Assembly: GCA_028716165.1 (NCBI GenBank)
Contig: JAQUQI010000008.1
Coordinates: 1,919 to 65,918 of the forward strand
Source: Candidatus Omnitrophota bacterium
Lineage (GTDB): Bacteria > Omnitrophota > Gorgyraeia > JABMRG01
DNA: 64,000 bases
Direction: 5' to 3'
Below, one piece after another: positions 61,098 to 64,000 of the stretch. Under the pieces are notes generated by a model that was not told the origin of the DNA, did no database searches, and saw only the letters and a program-made list of their open reading frames with translations. The position numbers and the translations under genes were made by a program. Numbering within the stretch: position 1 is the stretch's first letter; the number at the start of each line of letters is the position of its first letter.

Positions 61098-62255
61098 CTA
61101 TTTTTCCAACAAACTTAATAATTCCTTCGCACAATAAACCTTTCCACGCCGCTTATCAGTAATTTCAACCAAGATATTTATTTTTTTAAGTTTTTCTATA
61201 GCTGCTTTAGCAGTATGAAAAGAAGTCTTTAGTTCTATTGCTGCTCGCGAAATACTGACGTAGGGATTTTTAAATAATTCGTCCAATAATTTACTTACAT
61301 ATATACTTGTTCGCTTCTCCTGTACTCGCTCCCTATAATTTTTAAGCAAACCAAGTATGGCTTTTGAATTTTCGGCTGCATCTTTTGATTGGACGATGAT
61401 GGCTCGCAAGAAAAAACTAATCCATTCTTCCCATTCACCTCTTTGACTTACGGATACAAGCCGATCGTAATATTCTCTGCGGTTTTTCTCAAAGAAAGCA
61501 CTCAAATAAAGCATGGGGTAACCAAGAAATTCTCTCTCGCATAAAAACAGAGTAATTATTAACCTTCCTATTCTGCCATTCCCATCAAGAAAGGGGTGTA
61601 TGGCTTCAAACTGATAATGTATCAACGCACACTGTATTAGCCCAGGAATGCTATCTCTATTGTGTAAGAATTTCTCTAGTTCTCCCAAGGCTTCATGCAT
61701 TTCATGAACTGGAGGAGGAACAAACGCCGCATCGTTTAATGTGCATCCCGCGGATCCTATCCAATTCTGACTACGGCGAAACTCGCCCGGAGTCAAGTGT
61801 TGTCCTCTCACGTCTTTCATAAGAATTCCGTGTATTTCGCGCATAAGCCGCAAACAAATAGGTAACTCTTTTAACCTCTCAAGTCCGTAATCCATCGCTT
61901 CAACATAATTTACTACTTCCAACACGTCTGTTTTTTGGACTTCCGCTTTTTGCTCTTCTCTCCGGGCTATTTCAAAATAAAATAAATCCGAAAGAGAAGT
62001 CTGCGTGCCTTCAATCTTTGAACTCAAAACCGCCTCTCTTCTCATATAAGGAACGATCAATAAATTCGGATTTGGCAATAATACGCCCACACCATTAAGA
62101 TTCCCTAAGTGACGATTGGCTTCAGCTAACAGATTGATCAACTCGGCTGAATATTTAATTTCTGGGGGTAAAGAATGGGGAACAAATGCCGAATAATCTC
62201 TATCGGTTTTTATAACTTTGCCTGCCCGATTACTTTTGAAATCATTGGCGTTCAT
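61098..62255 (-). CDS. Fic-family protein (class II: N-terminal inhibitory [ST]xxxE[GN] motif, canonical HPFxDGNGR active site, C-terminal winged-helix domain)
   Basis: 385 aa. Active-site motif HPFLDGNGRIGR. SSKIEGT inhibitory-helix motif near residue 80. C-terminal wHTH-like …SISRAAIELKTSFHTAKAAIEKL…. Confidence 0.9.
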   Translation of the reverse strand: MNANDFKSNRAGKVIKTDRDYSAFVPHSLPPEIKYSAELINLLAEANRHLGNLNGVGVLLPNPNLLIVPYMRREAVLSSKIEGTQTSLSDLFYFEIARREEQKAEVQKTDVLEVVNYVEAMDYGLERLKELPICLRLMREIHGILMKDVRGQHLTPGEFRRSQNWIGSAGCTLNDAAFVPPPVHEMHEALGELEKFLHNRDSIPGLIQCALIHYQFEAIHPFLDGNGRIGRLIITLFLCEREFLGYPMLYLSAFFEKNRREYYDRLVSVSQRGEWEEWISFFLRAIIVQSKDAAENSKAILGLLKNYRERVQEKRTSIYVSKLLDELFKNPYVSISRAAIELKTSFHTAKAAIEKLKKINILVEITDKRRGKVYCAKELLSLLEK

Positions 62256-62426
62256 ATATCTTACCCTAAACTTGTTAATTTAGCTACTAACACTATCTTC
62301 AATTATAATACACATAATTGAAGGAATCAAGCATTTTCTTCAATAACCGAATTCCGCCTGATCGTCCACCAAATTGCTACGCAATTTGGCAAGATCTCGC
62401 CATCTTTGATGGCGGGTCAAGACTGG

Positions 62427-62523
62427 CTGCCTGAACTGGACGCCAGACGAACTTCACAACCTCAATACTACCAATTACTTATCAAAATGACCCTTCGCCG
62501 CGGCAAAGGCGGTTTTATCTACT
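62427..62523. repeat. bipartite repeat element, copy B, overlapping the ancestral 3' end of the restriction endonuclease gene
   Basis: Core at 62433-62452 is identical to copy A. Second block at 62484-62521 contains the hairpin cgcc-gcggcaaa-ggcg. Confidence 0.6.
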
Positions 62524-62631
62524 TAGGCGGCTTATTTCCTTCTTGATTTCTTCTATCACCTCTGTATTTTTTATCTCGTCGTCAATACTAAAAACAACAA
62601 AAACTTTCCCGCCATATTTTGCCTCAAAATC

Positions 62632-62773
62632 ACGGAAACTCGCTCTCATTCTTTCGGTGGCTGAATAATTACCAAAGTTTGCCTTAGCCGTTACTGGTTT
62701 AAACGGAAACTCGCTCTCATTCTTTCGGTGGCTGAATAATTACCAAAGTTTGCCTTAGCCGTTACTGGTTTAA
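62632..62773. repeat. perfect 71-bp tandem duplication (2 copies: 62632-62702 and 62703-62773) inside the 3' end of the putative restriction endonuclease gene
   Basis: acggaaactcgctctcattctttcggtggctgaataattaccaaagtttgccttagccgttactggtttaa occurs twice back to back with no mismatches. 71 is not a multiple of 3. Confidence 0.9.
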
Positions 62774-63275
62774 TTTGAATGCCAAATGTCTTATCGCCCA
62801 CATAGCATAGGTAATCAATGTCACCCGCGTGATCGAGTTCCGGATCAGATTCAACAAATTTTACTTCCGGAAACTTCTTTGCAATATTGTCGGTAACAAC
62901 CGATTTCTCGCGGATGAAACCATCATATGTTCTTTGTATCGTAAGATTGTTAATATAGTCAATACAATCCTGCAGCGTTAAATTCTTAAAAACGTCTTGC
63001 CATTCCGGGATGACGATCTCGGTTATTTTTACATAAAGCCTTTCACCGAGCTCCCGCAAAATTTCTTTTGTGATTTTTACGGGATTTTTGCCATCTGTAT
63101 ATGCTTTTTCAAAATACCATTTTTCCCACTCCGATATAGACTTAGGCTGACATTCACGGATAAAGGCCATTACTGTGCCTACCTTATTGGGACGGGATAA
63201 TTGATATGTTTGGCAGGCATAATTGAGTACCTTCTCTTTTTTCCCGAAATCCTTTGAATATCTTTTATTTTTCAT
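62691..63275 (-). CDS. putative type II restriction endonuclease (PD-(D/E)xK-like). The C-terminus is truncated by the 71-bp tandem duplication, so the gene may be inactivated.
   Basis: 194 aa. GDIDYL…FGIQIKP resembles a PD…QxK nuclease core. Immediately downstream of, and overlapping by 11 nt, a DNA methyltransferase gene. If one duplication copy is removed the frame continues for 40 more codons to a stop at 62515. Confidence 0.4.
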   Translation of the reverse strand: MKNKRYSKDFGKKEKVLNYACQTYQLSRPNKVGTVMAFIRECQPKSISEWEKWYFEKAYTDGKNPVKITKEILRELGERLYVKITEIVIPEWQDVFKNLTLQDCIDYINNLTIQRTYDGFIREKSVVTDNIAKKFPEVKFVESDPELDHAGDIDYLCYVGDKTFGIQIKPVTAKANFGNYSATERMRASFRLNQ

Positions 63276-64000
63276 TATGGGCGTGCTCCAGATTTTGTAA
63301 TTCTATAAATTTTTCTTTATATTTGAATGCTATGTCAGTATCAACAAGCGCAAACCTCTCTTTAATGAGATGAGCGTTTATAAAAGTCTTATTTTTAAGA
63401 TATAAGTAACACAGCAATCTATTTTCAGAATCGTATTTAACCTGATCGTATTTTAGAAATACTTTCTGGCCTTGCGTTTTATTTGTTAAATATTCCGTCG
63501 CTTTTCCATTTTTTATCGTGTCTTGTTTAACGCCCAACAATCTCACAGTTAAACCATTATTCAATTTCAAGATCTCTGGGCTAACTACCTCTTTGACTGT
63601 AAAATACTCTTCTCTCCGTCCACCACTTTGATCTATCTTTGAACCAAATTGTAACTGTTTAGGATCTATCTTCTTATCGAATTTAATAGGATCTCTAAAA
63701 ATATATGGCAATTTAATAATTTTCTCTTCAAAATTTACCGCCTTCTTTTCTTGAGTATATATTTCAATTTTTGTTTCATCAATAAATAAATTTTGACCGA
63801 ATCCTACTCTTTCTCTTATCGTAGGCAAAGAATTTGCGTTGATTTCATAACCAACAGAATTTCGCTTAAGATTTTTAGCGGCTAATGTCGTTGTCCCGCT
63901 GCCTAAAAATGGGTCGAGAACGCTATCACCAACAAATGTAAACATCTTTATAAGCCGCCTCGGCAGTTCTTCGGGAAACATCGCCAAATGTTTAACTTGT
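63265..64000 (-). CDS. DNA methyltransferase (beta-class, motif I DPFxGSGTT after the catalytic region) fused to a C-terminal SNase/thermonuclease-like domain. Partial: the N-terminus lies beyond the window end.
   Basis: The ORF is open to the window edge. …VLDPFLGSGTTTLAAKNLKRNSVGYEIN… matches the SAM-binding motif I of N4/N6 MTases. The C-terminal roughly 130 aa (…TVRLLGVKQDT…YDSENRLLCYLYL…) resembles the staphylococcal nuclease fold. Confidence 0.65.
   Translation of the reverse strand, partial: QVKHLAMFPEELPRRLIKMFTFVGDSVLDPFLGSGTTTLAAKNLKRNSVGYEINANSLPTIRERVGFGQNLFIDETKIEIYTQEKKAVNFEEKIIKLPYIFRDPIKFDKKIDPKQLQFGSKIDQSGGRREEYFTVKEVVSPEILKLNNGLTVRLLGVKQDTIKNGKATEYLTNKTQGQKVFLKYDQVKYDSENRLLCYLYLKNKTFINAHLIKERFALVDTDIAFKYKEKFIELQNLEHAHNEK

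Noticed and set aside
60183-62523. Interpreting the bipartite repeats as integron attC sites.
   Set aside because: I could not match the R'' (RYYYAAC) / R' (GTTRRRY) core sites or the imperfect-palindrome layout convincingly, and no integrase is visible in the window. The question is left open as a generic repeat.
62632-62773. Possibility that the 71-bp tandem repeat is a CRISPR array or minisatellite.
   Set aside because: It has only two identical units, no spacers, and lies inside a coding frame. It is a simple tandem duplication.

Overview
This looks like a 64-kb bacterial chromosomal segment with moderate AT content and almost every gene on the minus strand. Read from high to low coordinates along the coding strand, it contains five parts.

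- **Island (about 59.9-64.0 kb):** an AT-rich accessory island that runs off the window edge. It holds a DNA methyltransferase fused to a SNase-like domain, a putative restriction endonuclease truncated by a perfect 71-bp tandem duplication, a class II Fic protein, and a small hypothetical. Two copies of a bipartite repeat flank the Fic cassette, and three consecutive intrinsic terminators separate the island from the core genes.
- **Nitrogen assimilation cluster:** outer-membrane protein, amtB, glnK, glnA, gltB, gltD. Two unusual accessory genes are translationally coupled to gltBD: a 75-aa Fis/NtrC-type HTH protein overlapping the gltB start, and an 859-aa protein that pairs a KaiC-like domain lacking a P-loop with a PPDK_N ATP-grasp domain and overlaps the gltD stop. 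An NtrC-type palindrome sits upstream of glnA.
- **Core metabolism and Pho regulon:** carAB, purSQL, pyrG, then a complete Pho regulon (phoB, phoR, putative porin, pstSCAB, phoU).
- **Envelope, transport and signalling genes:** a peptidoglycan-binding protein, CNNM and NhaP transporters, an ECF sigma / zinc anti-sigma / LTXXQ module, rlmD, a signalling cluster (FecR-like, CHASE2-GGDEF, HAMP-PP2C), the only plus-strand gene (a membrane-embedded spermidine-synthase-like protein), xth and a flavodoxin-like protein.
- **Mannoside and thiamine genes:** a cupin mannose-6-P isomerase-like gene next to two tandem paralogous double-domain GH130-like proteins, then mgtE, glnS, and a thiE-thiS-thiG-thiH operon under a TPP riboswitch.

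No CRISPR array, tRNA, rRNA or transposase is visible. All functional calls come from reading motifs in the translated ORFs; no database search was run.
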